DNA of 64,000 nucleotides from Bacilli bacterium (GTDB lineage Bacteria; Bacillota_I; Bacilli_A; RF39; UBA660): NCBI GenBank assembly GCA_017432665.1, contig JAFRIS010000038.1, positions 10,103 to 74,102 of the forward strand, read 5' to 3'. Shown piece by piece: positions 55,871 to 64,000 of this stretch (position 1 is its first letter; each line of letters starts with the position of its first letter). The notes under the pieces were generated by a model. It saw only the letters and a program-made list of their open reading frames with translations, ran no database searches and was not told where the DNA came from. The position numbers and the translations under genes were made by a program.

Positions 55871-58165
55871 TTAACAGTTTATTCCTTTTATCTTCTTCTC
55901 CTCAAATTCATCCGTATAAACTTTTTTTGGTTTTTCTTTCTTACCTAAATTCTTCTTTTCAAATGCCATAAATACAACTGTTGCGATAAAGATAGATGAA
56001 TATGTACCAGCAAGTAAACCAAATAGCATAGCCATATTGAAATTAAAGATACCACGAGATCCTAAAATTAATAGAATTACAACTGGTAATAAAGTAGTTA
56101 CTGTTGTATAGATAGTTCTAGTAAATGTTTCCTGAATACTTCTATTACATATCTCGGTAAACTCTTCTTGAGTTAATTTCTTTTTGTCAGCTCCTGCTAA
56201 ATTCTCACGAATTCTATCAAAAGAAACAATTGTATCATTTATTGAGTAGCCGATAATTGCAAGTACTGCAGCAATAAACATAGAACTAACTTCTAAACGA
56301 AGAATTGCAAATAATGCAAACATGATTAGGACATCGTGCATTAAAGCAATAACTCCACCTATGGCATAACTCCATTTAAATCTAATTGATACATAAACAA
56401 TAATACCAATTAAAGCAATCAAAACTGCTAAAATAGCATTTTTAACTAATTCTCTTTGTACTAAGTTAGATACAACACCAATATTTACCTTAGCCGCATA
56501 TTTTTCTTCAAAATATTTATTAATTTTTTTAACTTGATCTCCAGTTAAAGTTGTATCCAATCTGATATTCATTTCATCACTAGCCTTACTAATGTCACTA
56601 GCTTTAAATCCTAATTCTTTAACATCTGCTTTTAACATTTTTTCAGTAATTTTTTGTTCACTAGCTATAGTAATTGAAGTACCTGATTTATAATCAATTC
56701 CCAAATTAAATCCCTTAGTTGAAACAATTATCGCACCTACTAAAATAATTAAAACTGATAAACCAATACAAGCCTTTTTATATTTAAAGAAATTAACTTT
56801 ATGGAATTTATTAGGCTTTGATTTTTCGTTCTTACTAACATTAGGAATATCTTTCTTGTTAATATGAATAAATAAATTTACTTTATCATCAAAGTATCCT
56901 GTCTTAACAAATAGTTTTAATAATAATCTTGTTAAGAATACCATTGTAAACATAGTAACAAGTACTGTGATAATTAACATAGTAGCAAATCCCTTAATAC
57001 TAGATTCACCAAATATAAACATTATAATTGCAACTATTAAAGTTGTAATATTAGAGTCGATAATTGCACTAAAACTTGATTTAGATCCTTCTCTAAAGGC
57101 TACTGGCAAGCTTCGACCTTTTAGTAATTCTTCTCTAATACGAGCAAATGTAATAACATTTGAATCTACTGCCATTCCAATACCTAATACTAAAGCTGCA
57201 ATACCTGGAAGAGTCAAGACTCCACCTACTACCCAGAATACAGCAAATACTAGGAATGCATATATCATCATTGATACTGATGAAATAAATCCTGCAAAAT
57301 GGTAAATTACCATTAAGATAATCATGATTGCTACAATAGCAATAATTCCAGCTAATAAAGTAGTCTCTAATGTCTTTTCCCCAAATGATGCACCTACTGT
57401 ATTAGAAGATAACTCTGTTAATTTTGATGGTAAAGAACCACTGTTAATTAAATCAACTAAGTTACTTACTTCTTCTTGTGTAAAATGGCCTTGAATGATT
57501 ACATCACTAGCAAATCCTTGTGAAACAGTAGCAGCACTTAAACAGTTAGATTCATTAGTACCACAAATATTTCCTTCTCTAGAATAACTATCTGTTAAAT
57601 CATTATAATCTAACCAAATAACAATATAGTTCTTTCCTTCTCCACGTTCACTAACTTCTTTAGTAACCTCATAGAATTTATCTTTATCTTTTACTGATAA
57701 AGCAACTGCTGGATTACCTGCTGAATCTTGACCTATCTTAGCTCCTCCAGCTCTTAAAACATCACTACTCATAAGTAAATTATCGTCAATATCTCTAAAA
57801 GATAATGTAGCTACTGTTGATAATTGAGTACGTGCTTCTTCAGGATTTTTAACTCCTGCTAATTTAACACGAATTCTATCGTTTCCTTCAACGATAATTT
57901 CTGGTTCACTAACACCTAAACTATCAATTCTCTTACTTAACGTTTTATAAGTGGCAGTAATCTTTTCTTTGTTCATTTTAGATCCATCAATAGATTCAGC
58001 TTTATATAAAATTTCAAATCCTCCTTGTAGATCTAATCCGAATTTCAATCCTTTGAATAACGGAACAAATAATAAACAAATTCCAACTACTAATAAAACT
58101 AATATAGTTGAATTAATAATTATTCTCTTTTTACCATTCTTCTTTTTACCTTTCATGTAACTCAC
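55871..58165 (-). CDS. secDF: protein translocase subunit SecDF (fused)
   Basis: 764 aa with 12 TM helices, SecD-like periplasmic loop motifs and a SecF half. Confidence 0.95.
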   Translation of the reverse strand: MSYMKGKKKNGKKRIIINSTILVLLVVGICLLFVPLFKGLKFGLDLQGGFEILYKAESIDGSKMNKEKITATYKTLSKRIDSLGVSEPEIIVEGNDRIRVKLAGVKNPEEARTQLSTVATLSFRDIDDNLLMSSDVLRAGGAKIGQDSAGNPAVALSVKDKDKFYEVTKEVSERGEGKNYIVIWLDYNDLTDSYSREGNICGTNESNCLSAATVSQGFASDVIIQGHFTQEEVSNLVDLINSGSLPSKLTELSSNTVGASFGEKTLETTLLAGIIAIVAIMIILMVIYHFAGFISSVSMMIYAFLVFAVFWVVGGVLTLPGIAALVLGIGMAVDSNVITFARIREELLKGRSLPVAFREGSKSSFSAIIDSNITTLIVAIIMFIFGESSIKGFATMLIITVLVTMFTMVFLTRLLLKLFVKTGYFDDKVNLFIHINKKDIPNVSKNEKSKPNKFHKVNFFKYKKACIGLSVLIILVGAIIVSTKGFNLGIDYKSGTSITIASEQKITEKMLKADVKELGFKASDISKASDEMNIRLDTTLTGDQVKKINKYFEEKYAAKVNIGVVSNLVQRELVKNAILAVLIALIGIIVYVSIRFKWSYAIGGVIALMHDVLIMFALFAILRLEVSSMFIAAVLAIIGYSINDTIVSFDRIRENLAGADKKKLTQEEFTEICNRSIQETFTRTIYTTVTTLLPVVILLILGSRGIFNFNMAMLFGLLAGTYSSIFIATVVFMAFEKKNLGKKEKPKKVYTDEFEEKKIKGINC

Positions 58166-58166
58166 C

Positions 58167-58454
58167 TCATATAATTTCTAGATTATTATTCAAACTTTGC
58201 ATTCTTTTATTCTCAATCGCTTTTTGCTCTAAATAAGTATTTAGTTCATCACCAGTAACATTCATAATATCACTGACAATATCTGAAAGCATTAAGCCAG
58301 TAGCTTGCTTCCATTTCTTAATAATTAAATAATTCCAAATATCAAATTCCTTAATTTTAGAATATCCTAATTTATGTAATTCAGAACATTTACTTCTAAG
58401 AGCAGGTCTAACTCTTCGAAATAATTCTTCTTGCGATTTGAACTCATATTCCAT
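58167..58454 (-). CDS. comN: post-transcriptional regulator ComN/YrzD-like
   Basis: RPALRSKCSELHKLGY...IWNYLIIKKWK...VSDIM resembles B. subtilis ComN. It sits immediately upstream of secDF, as in Bacillus. ATG 58454 has a GAAGGAG RBS. Confidence 0.65.
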   Translation of the reverse strand: MEYEFKSQEELFRRVRPALRSKCSELHKLGYSKIKEFDIWNYLIIKKWKQATGLMLSDIVSDIMNVTGDELNTYLEQKAIENKRMQSLNNNLEII

Positions 58455-58536
58455 AAAAGAACACTCCTTCTCCGAATCAATATTATTATACATAATAAAA
58501 GCAAAAAATTAAAGAGTTATTCTTTAATTTCTACTA

Positions 58537-59439
58537 TTAATCATCCTTTTTAGCCCTTGGAAAACTATGATAATAGACTTCTTTTAATCTATCAGTAGTC
58601 ACATGTGTATAAATTTGTGTAGCTTTTATGCTTTCATGTCCTAATAATTTTTGTACTGTTAGTAAGTCACAACCTTCATTTAATAAGTGTGTTGCGAAAC
58701 TGTGTCTAATCATATGAGGAGAAATATTTTTATTAATTCCAGTTTGTTTAATTAACTTATCCAGAATAAATCTAACTCCTCTTTCTGTTAGTTTCCCACC
58801 GTTGTTATTTAAGAATAAATAATCACTATCTTTACTATTAAGAGTATGTCTACCATCACTTAAATACTCATTCAAGATATCTTCACAATACTCTCCAAAT
58901 TGAACAAATCTTTCTTTATTACCTTTACCAAGTATCAAGATATTTTTATTACTAAAATCAATATCCTTTACTTTAATACTAACTAATTCTCCTACACGAA
59001 CACCAGTTGCATATAACATTTCGAGTAATAATAAATCTCTTTGTCCTAAAAGAGTTCTAGTATCGGGTACATTAAATAATTCTTCTAATTCGTTATATTC
59101 AAAATACCTTGGTAACTTCTTACTTTTCTTAGGTCCATTTACTAATGAAAAGACATTACTTTTGACATAATCTTCATTAGCTAGGAATTTATAAAAACCC
59201 CTTAATGAACTTAACTTACGATTAATTGAAGAGTTATCATCTTTCTTTTCATCTTTTAAATACATTAAATAAAATCTAATATCACTATATTCTACTTTTT
59301 TAAAATCAAGACTTTCTCTACTCAAATAATTCAAGTATTCAACAATATCATTCTTATAACTTTCAATTGTATAATCAGAATAATTCTTTTGGTATTTTAA
59401 ATACTCTAAATACTTATTTAATTCTTTGTTATCTTCCAT
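58537..59439 (-). CDS. xerC: tyrosine recombinase XerC/CodV-like
   Basis: Catalytic pattern ATGVRVGEL, HMIRHSFATHLL and LGHESIKATQIYTHV. Downstream of topA, as for B. subtilis codV. Confidence 0.85.
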   Translation of the reverse strand: MEDNKELNKYLEYLKYQKNYSDYTIESYKNDIVEYLNYLSRESLDFKKVEYSDIRFYLMYLKDEKKDDNSSINRKLSSLRGFYKFLANEDYVKSNVFSLVNGPKKSKKLPRYFEYNELEELFNVPDTRTLLGQRDLLLLEMLYATGVRVGELVSIKVKDIDFSNKNILILGKGNKERFVQFGEYCEDILNEYLSDGRHTLNSKDSDYLFLNNNGGKLTERGVRFILDKLIKQTGINKNISPHMIRHSFATHLLNEGCDLLTVQKLLGHESIKATQIYTHVTTDRLKEVYYHSFPRAKKDD

Positions 59440-60613
59440 AACTGCCTCGACTATCTTCTTTATCTTTAGTCATTTCCTGTAAAACTAAATAAAAATTATA
59501 GGCCTTTTGATATGCCTCTCCATGCTTAGATGCAGAATTACGTAATTTATCATTAACACTTTTTCGATAAGAATTTTCTTCTCTTCTAGTCGCTGCTGTT
59601 TGATATAACTGATTGTGATAATACTTATACCAATAAGCATCATGACGTAATTTGGTATCAAGTAATCCATTTAAAAACTTCATATCACTTTCATTTAATA
59701 CAATACCTGTTTCATTTGACCATTTAGAAAAATCCACTTCATATCTTTCTTTTTGACCCCATTGAATTTTATGATATGGCAAGTCTAATAAACATTTCGT
59801 AATACTATTACTAAAACGATAATCTATATCTTCAGTAATTATTTCATATGGAATAGTTAATTTATCTATAATTTTTTCATTTGGAATACCCATCTTCTTC
59901 ATTCTTTTAACTTTTTTAGAAGTTGGCTCTGCCAATTTTTCAGCATTAATATACGTTAAATTAATATAAGTCAATGGTTCTCCCATTAATGATATTTGTT
60001 CGTTATCACAATCAATTTTATTTACCAAATACTTATCTATTGATTGTCTATCTCTAGTTAATTCTCTTTGTTTTTTAACAAATTTTTCAGCCGAAAAATC
60101 ATTTGATTTTTCTTTATCATATTTGTCAATAGCAGCAACAGAATCTCTACCTACATAATAATTTTGACGCATCCAATTCTTAGATGAAGAAATTCTAATC
60201 TTTTTATTTCTAAGTGAGTTTAAAATAACAGTTCTTAAATCACCGTATAAATCAAAAGCTTCCTTTCTAATTAGATCTTGTAAATCAAAATCTTCTTTTG
60301 CTCTTTGTAATAACGCATCACATGTATCAGTAACATCCAATTTTTTTTCTTTAGATTTTTTAGCTAATAATGATAGATCAAGATTTCCAAAAATCAAATC
60401 ACGATGATATATTTCTTTACGACCTTTATTAACTATAAATAAATCTACCTCTTCAGCAAATTGATAACCTCTTCGTTTTAAATATTTAAGAAACTCTTCT
60501 TTACTATTAAAATTATTTGTCAATAAATCAATATCTTCCAAGCATTTACCTTTATTAATAGTAATTAAACTGTAGTCATCTTTTTCTTTGGCAACGATAT
60601 AAAATTTAGCCAT
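59429..60613 (-). CDS. hypothetical protein (394 aa)
   Basis: A long ORF with no motif I recognise. Its stop overlaps the xerC start by 11 nt. Confidence 0.5.
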   Translation of the reverse strand: MAKFYIVAKEKDDYSLITINKGKCLEDIDLLTNNFNSKEEFLKYLKRRGYQFAEEVDLFIVNKGRKEIYHRDLIFGNLDLSLLAKKSKEKKLDVTDTCDALLQRAKEDFDLQDLIRKEAFDLYGDLRTVILNSLRNKKIRISSSKNWMRQNYYVGRDSVAAIDKYDKEKSNDFSAEKFVKKQRELTRDRQSIDKYLVNKIDCDNEQISLMGEPLTYINLTYINAEKLAEPTSKKVKRMKKMGIPNEKIIDKLTIPYEIITEDIDYRFSNSITKCLLDLPYHKIQWGQKERYEVDFSKWSNETGIVLNESDMKFLNGLLDTKLRHDAYWYKYYHNQLYQTAATRREENSYRKSVNDKLRNSASKHGEAYQKAYNFYLVLQEMTKDKEDSRGSYGR

Positions 60614-60660
60614 AAGACCACCTCATTCTCTTATATAATATCATATAATCAAAAAATATC

Positions 60661-60694
60661 AAAAAAAAGAGTGCTAATTAGTATAATCGCACTC
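60661..60694 (-). terminator. possible intrinsic terminator after topA
   Basis: On the minus strand, GAGTGC-14 nt-GCACTC is followed by T8. The large loop weakens the call. Confidence 0.4.
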
Positions 60695-62695
60695 ACTACA
60701 CTTTACATTATTATTTTTTTCTACAAGCATTTTTCCGCATTCTGGACATGATTCACCTGTAGGCTTATCCCAATATGCTGTTTTACATTTTGGGTAATTA
60801 TTACAACCATAGAAAGTTTTTCCTTTACGACTTTTCTTTTCTACTATTTTTCCGCTACAGTTTGGACAGTCACAAATTTCTTCCTCTTCAACTTCTTCCT
60901 TTTTTATATATTTGCAGGTTGGATAATTACTGCAAGCAATAAATTCTCCAAATTTACCATTTCTAACTACTAATGGATTACCACAATTTGGACACTTTTC
61001 TCCTGTTTCTTCAGGAGCTTTTTTCTCCATATCAGCAAACGCTTTTTTAACTCGTGGTTCAAACAATTTATAAAACTCATCCAAAACTTTGTTCCAAACT
61101 AAATTACCATCAGCAATTTTATCTAAATCATCTTCCATATCACGTGTATAGTCATTGTTAATTAAATCACTAAAGAATTCTTGTAATTTATCAGTAGTTT
61201 CAATACCAATACTAGTAGGTTTAAATTTCTTTTCTTCTAAAACTACATAGTCGTGGCTTTTAATTGTATCAATGATAGTAGCATAAGTAGATGGTCTACC
61301 AATACCTAGTTCTTCTAGTTTTTTAATTAATGATGCTTCACTATATCTTGCTGGTGGTTTAGTAAAATGTTGTGTTGATTCAACATTGTTAGTAATTGCT
61401 ACTTCATTGTCACCAATCTCAGGTAATATTTTATCTTCGTTAGACTCATAATCTGAATAAACTTTTAAATAACCATCAAAAATTAGAATACTACCAGTAG
61501 TTTTAAATTTATAATCATTATTATCAAAAATAATTGTTGTTTGATTAACAGTAGCGTCGGCCATCAAACTAGCTAAAGTTCTTTTATAAATTAAACTATA
61601 TAATTTAAATTCATCATTACTTAAGTATTGTTTTACTTTCAATGGTTCTCTTAAAACGCTGGTTGGTCTAATTGCTTCATGGGCATCTTGAACATTGTTC
61701 TTCTTTTTGCCTTTTTTAACATAACCAACATACTTTTTACCATATTTTTCTTCGATATATTTCATAGCTGGTTTAATAAAATCGTCAGATAATCTGATTG
61801 AATCAGTTCTCATGTAAGTAATTAAACCAACTGTTTCATCTCCTAAATCAATACCTTCATATAACTTTTGAGCTATACTCATAGTTTTACGAGCTGGGAA
61901 TCCTAATTTAGTAGAAGATTCTTGTTGAAGTGTTGAAGTAATAAAAGGTAGTTTGCTCTTACGAGCTTTTTCTTGCTTTTCAATACTTTCAACAGTATAT
62001 TCTTCACCAAGATGATCTAAAACATAATTAGCTTCTTCTTCATTGTGAAGTTCTATATCATCCTTTTTATATTTGAATAATTCCGCTTCATATTCTGGAA
62101 ATATAGCAATTATTTTCCAATATTCTTCTGGAATAAAACTGTCTATTTCCCTTTCGCGATCAACAATTAACTTTAAAGCAACACTTTGTACTCTACCTGC
62201 ACTCTTAGCTCCTATTTTAGCTTGTAATAATTTACTAAGTCTAAAACCAATAATACGATCTAATATTCTTCTAGTTTCTTGTGATCTAACTAAATTATCA
62301 TCAATAACAGTAGGATTATCAATTGCTTGAAGAACTTTATCGCGAGTAATCTCATTAAATAGCACTCTTTTATAATTCTTATCACTTATGCCTAATGCAT
62401 CTTTTAAATGCCAAGCAATAGCTTCTCCTTCACGATCAGGGTCGCTTGCAAGGAATACAGTCTTACTATTTTGAACATCTTTCTTTAATGCCTTAATAAC
62501 ATTCATTTTACCAGGAATATATACATATCTTGGTTTAAAGCCATTTTCAATATCTACTCCTAAACCTAATGGTCCTGAAGTCGCAAGATCACGAATATGT
62601 CCCTTAGAAGAAACAACCTTATAATCCTTTCCTAAATACTTTTCAATAGTCTTACTTTTACTAGGACTTTCCACAATAACTAAGTTTTTTGCCAT
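60674..62695 (-). CDS. topA: DNA topoisomerase I
   Basis: TOPRIM (LVIVESPSKSKT), active-site ITYMRTDS, and three C-terminal C4 zinc fingers. The promoter TTGACA-17-TATAAG lies at about 62715..62743. Confidence 0.97.
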   Translation of the reverse strand: MAKNLVIVESPSKSKTIEKYLGKDYKVVSSKGHIRDLATSGPLGLGVDIENGFKPRYVYIPGKMNVIKALKKDVQNSKTVFLASDPDREGEAIAWHLKDALGISDKNYKRVLFNEITRDKVLQAIDNPTVIDDNLVRSQETRRILDRIIGFRLSKLLQAKIGAKSAGRVQSVALKLIVDREREIDSFIPEEYWKIIAIFPEYEAELFKYKKDDIELHNEEEANYVLDHLGEEYTVESIEKQEKARKSKLPFITSTLQQESSTKLGFPARKTMSIAQKLYEGIDLGDETVGLITYMRTDSIRLSDDFIKPAMKYIEEKYGKKYVGYVKKGKKKNNVQDAHEAIRPTSVLREPLKVKQYLSNDEFKLYSLIYKRTLASLMADATVNQTTIIFDNNDYKFKTTGSILIFDGYLKVYSDYESNEDKILPEIGDNEVAITNNVESTQHFTKPPARYSEASLIKKLEELGIGRPSTYATIIDTIKSHDYVVLEEKKFKPTSIGIETTDKLQEFFSDLINNDYTRDMEDDLDKIADGNLVWNKVLDEFYKLFEPRVKKAFADMEKKAPEETGEKCPNCGNPLVVRNGKFGEFIACSNYPTCKYIKKEEVEEEEICDCPNCSGKIVEKKSRKGKTFYGCNNYPKCKTAYWDKPTGESCPECGKMLVEKNNNVKCSECDYTN

Positions 62696-62809
62696 AAAAT
62701 CCCTCCAGTCATTTATAACTTATAAATTAAAAAATAGTTTTTGTCAACTATTTCCTATTCTATATCATACACGTAGAATGTAAAGTTACACGAAAACTAT
62801 TCATTCATT

Positions 62810-63715
62810 TTATTTTTTTTCATTCTCCAAATAATCTTTTACTGGTCCATAACTTTTCCTATGTTCTTTTATTATTCCATATTTATTAATTGCCTCTAAA
62901 TGTTTTTTAGTAGGATATCCAACATTGTTTTTAAAATCATACATTGGATATTTCTTATCTAATTCATACATCATTCTATCCCTTGTTACTTTAGCAAGTA
63001 CAGATGCTGCACTAATAGTAATACTTCTTAAATCTCCTTTAATAATTGGTTTAACAGGAATATCTAAATCTAACTTCATCGCATCTGTTAAAACACAATC
63101 TGGTTTTATTTGACAATTATTAATAGCTTGAATCATAGCTTCTTTTGTTGCTTGATAAATATTTATTTCATCTATTCTCTTTTCATCTACGATTCCTATT
63201 CCATAAGAAATAGCTTGTCTTTTTATTTCTTCAAAAAAGTAATCTCTCTTCTTTTCGCTTAACTTTTTACTATCGGTCAAACCTTCTAAATTAAAATTAT
63301 CCGGTAAGATACAACAAGCAGCAACTACTGGACCAACTAAAGGTCCACGACCAACTTCATCCACTCCACCTATTAAACTATAACCTTCTTTTTTTAATTC
63401 TCTTTCATTTTTGTAAGTGTCTAAACAGTCTAAGTATAATTCTACTTTCTTTATTATAGTTTTATCAGTACAGTTTTTTAAATAATTCTCAACTTTTTGA
63501 AAAAAATAATTATTTATCTCATCACTTTTTTCCAATTTCTTGACAGTCTCTACTTCTATTTCTTTATTAGTATAAGAAACAATGCTTTGTATTTTAATCT
63601 TATCACATTTACTTATTACTCCATGACAAACTAAACTAGCATCTCCTACAACTATATATTTACTAGTATCAATATTTATTTTACTTAGTTTTTCAAATAA
63701 TTCTTTTTTTGTCAT
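62810..63715 (-). CDS. rnhB: ribonuclease HII with long N-terminal extension
   Basis: GVDEVGRGPLVGPVV and DSKKLS motifs. About 110 aa precede the catalytic core. Confidence 0.9.
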   Translation of the reverse strand: MTKKELFEKLSKINIDTSKYIVVGDASLVCHGVISKCDKIKIQSIVSYTNKEIEVETVKKLEKSDEINNYFFQKVENYLKNCTDKTIIKKVELYLDCLDTYKNERELKKEGYSLIGGVDEVGRGPLVGPVVAACCILPDNFNLEGLTDSKKLSEKKRDYFFEEIKRQAISYGIGIVDEKRIDEINIYQATKEAMIQAINNCQIKPDCVLTDAMKLDLDIPVKPIIKGDLRSITISAASVLAKVTRDRMMYELDKKYPMYDFKNNVGYPTKKHLEAINKYGIIKEHRKSYGPVKDYLENEKK

Positions 63716-63727
63716 GATTTCTCCTAT

Positions 63728-64000
63728 CTAATAACTATCTGCGTCTAATAATACAACTTCAATTCTACTATAATCACAATTTTCTATATATGCATCAAGT
63801 GTAGTAGTTTTATGTGGTTTTGCTTTATAAAAGTATTCTTGGGAATATCCAATTATTTCATCATTTTTATTATAGTATAAAAGAGCCCACGTACCATCTA
63901 ATTTTTTATTATAATTATTTTTAAACTTAAGTTGATCTCTCTTTAAAGAAATAAATTCTATATCTTTATCATGATAATATTTTTTTGCATATTTTTCATA
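63728..64000 (-). CDS. hypothetical protein, C-terminal 90 aa only (runs off right edge)
   Basis: The frame is open from the window edge to TAG at 63730..63728 (...KTTTLDAYIENCDYSRIEVVLLDADSY). Not in the ORF track. Function unknown. Confidence 0.4.
   Translation of the reverse strand, partial: YEKYAKKYYHDKDIEFISLKRDQLKFKNNYNKKLDGTWALLYYNKNDEIIGYSQEYFYKAKPHKTTTLDAYIENCDYSRIEVVLLDADSY

Noticed and set aside
58537-59439. The tyrosine recombinase considered as a phage or ICE integrase marking a mobile element.
   Set aside because: Its size, its XerC/XerD-type N-terminal domain and its position just downstream of topA match chromosomal CodV/XerC. No flanking phage or conjugation genes, tRNA target or direct repeats were seen.

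Overview
Strongly AT-rich chromosomal segment of a cell-walled, low-GC Firmicute (Bacillota). TGA is used as a stop codon, so this is not genetic code 4, and a superoxide reductase suggests an anaerobe. Almost every gene is on the minus strand. The content is mainly housekeeping: a fragmented division/cell-wall (dcw) set (mraZ-rsmH-ftsL-pbp2B; mraY alone; murE alone; murG-murB-divIB-ftsA-ftsZ), yqeG-yqeH, tmcAL-gmk, pyk, mutM, polA, lexA, tcdA, a T-box-controlled hisS-aspS operon, dtd, relA, secDF, comN-like, xerC/codV-like, topA and rnhB. It also has two polysaccharide deacetylases, a Wzx-type flippase, an ABC-2 transporter, a LysR regulator and a serpin. I saw no rRNA, tRNA, CRISPR array, transposase or prophage. 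The outstanding feature is a 1179-aa gene (20325..23864, minus) wedged as its own transcription unit between yqeH and mraZ. It has a canonical type IV prepilin leader (MNRIKSRFG|FTLTE...) followed by 13 tandem Cys-rich modules carrying the thrombospondin type-1 repeat signature (WxxWxxCSxxCGxGxxxRxRxC), which is essentially a eukaryotic domain. Other items absent from the ORF track: a 48-aa membrane peptide divergent from lexA whose consensus promoter has a LexA box in its spacer; a ~180-nt 6S-like sRNA with its own promoter and terminator in the aspS-tcdA interval; a T-box leader; and candidate MraZ operator repeats. Further oddities are an arginase-fold protein with degenerate Mn ligands, a Cys/His-rich tail on HisS, and a permease with no canonical start codon.
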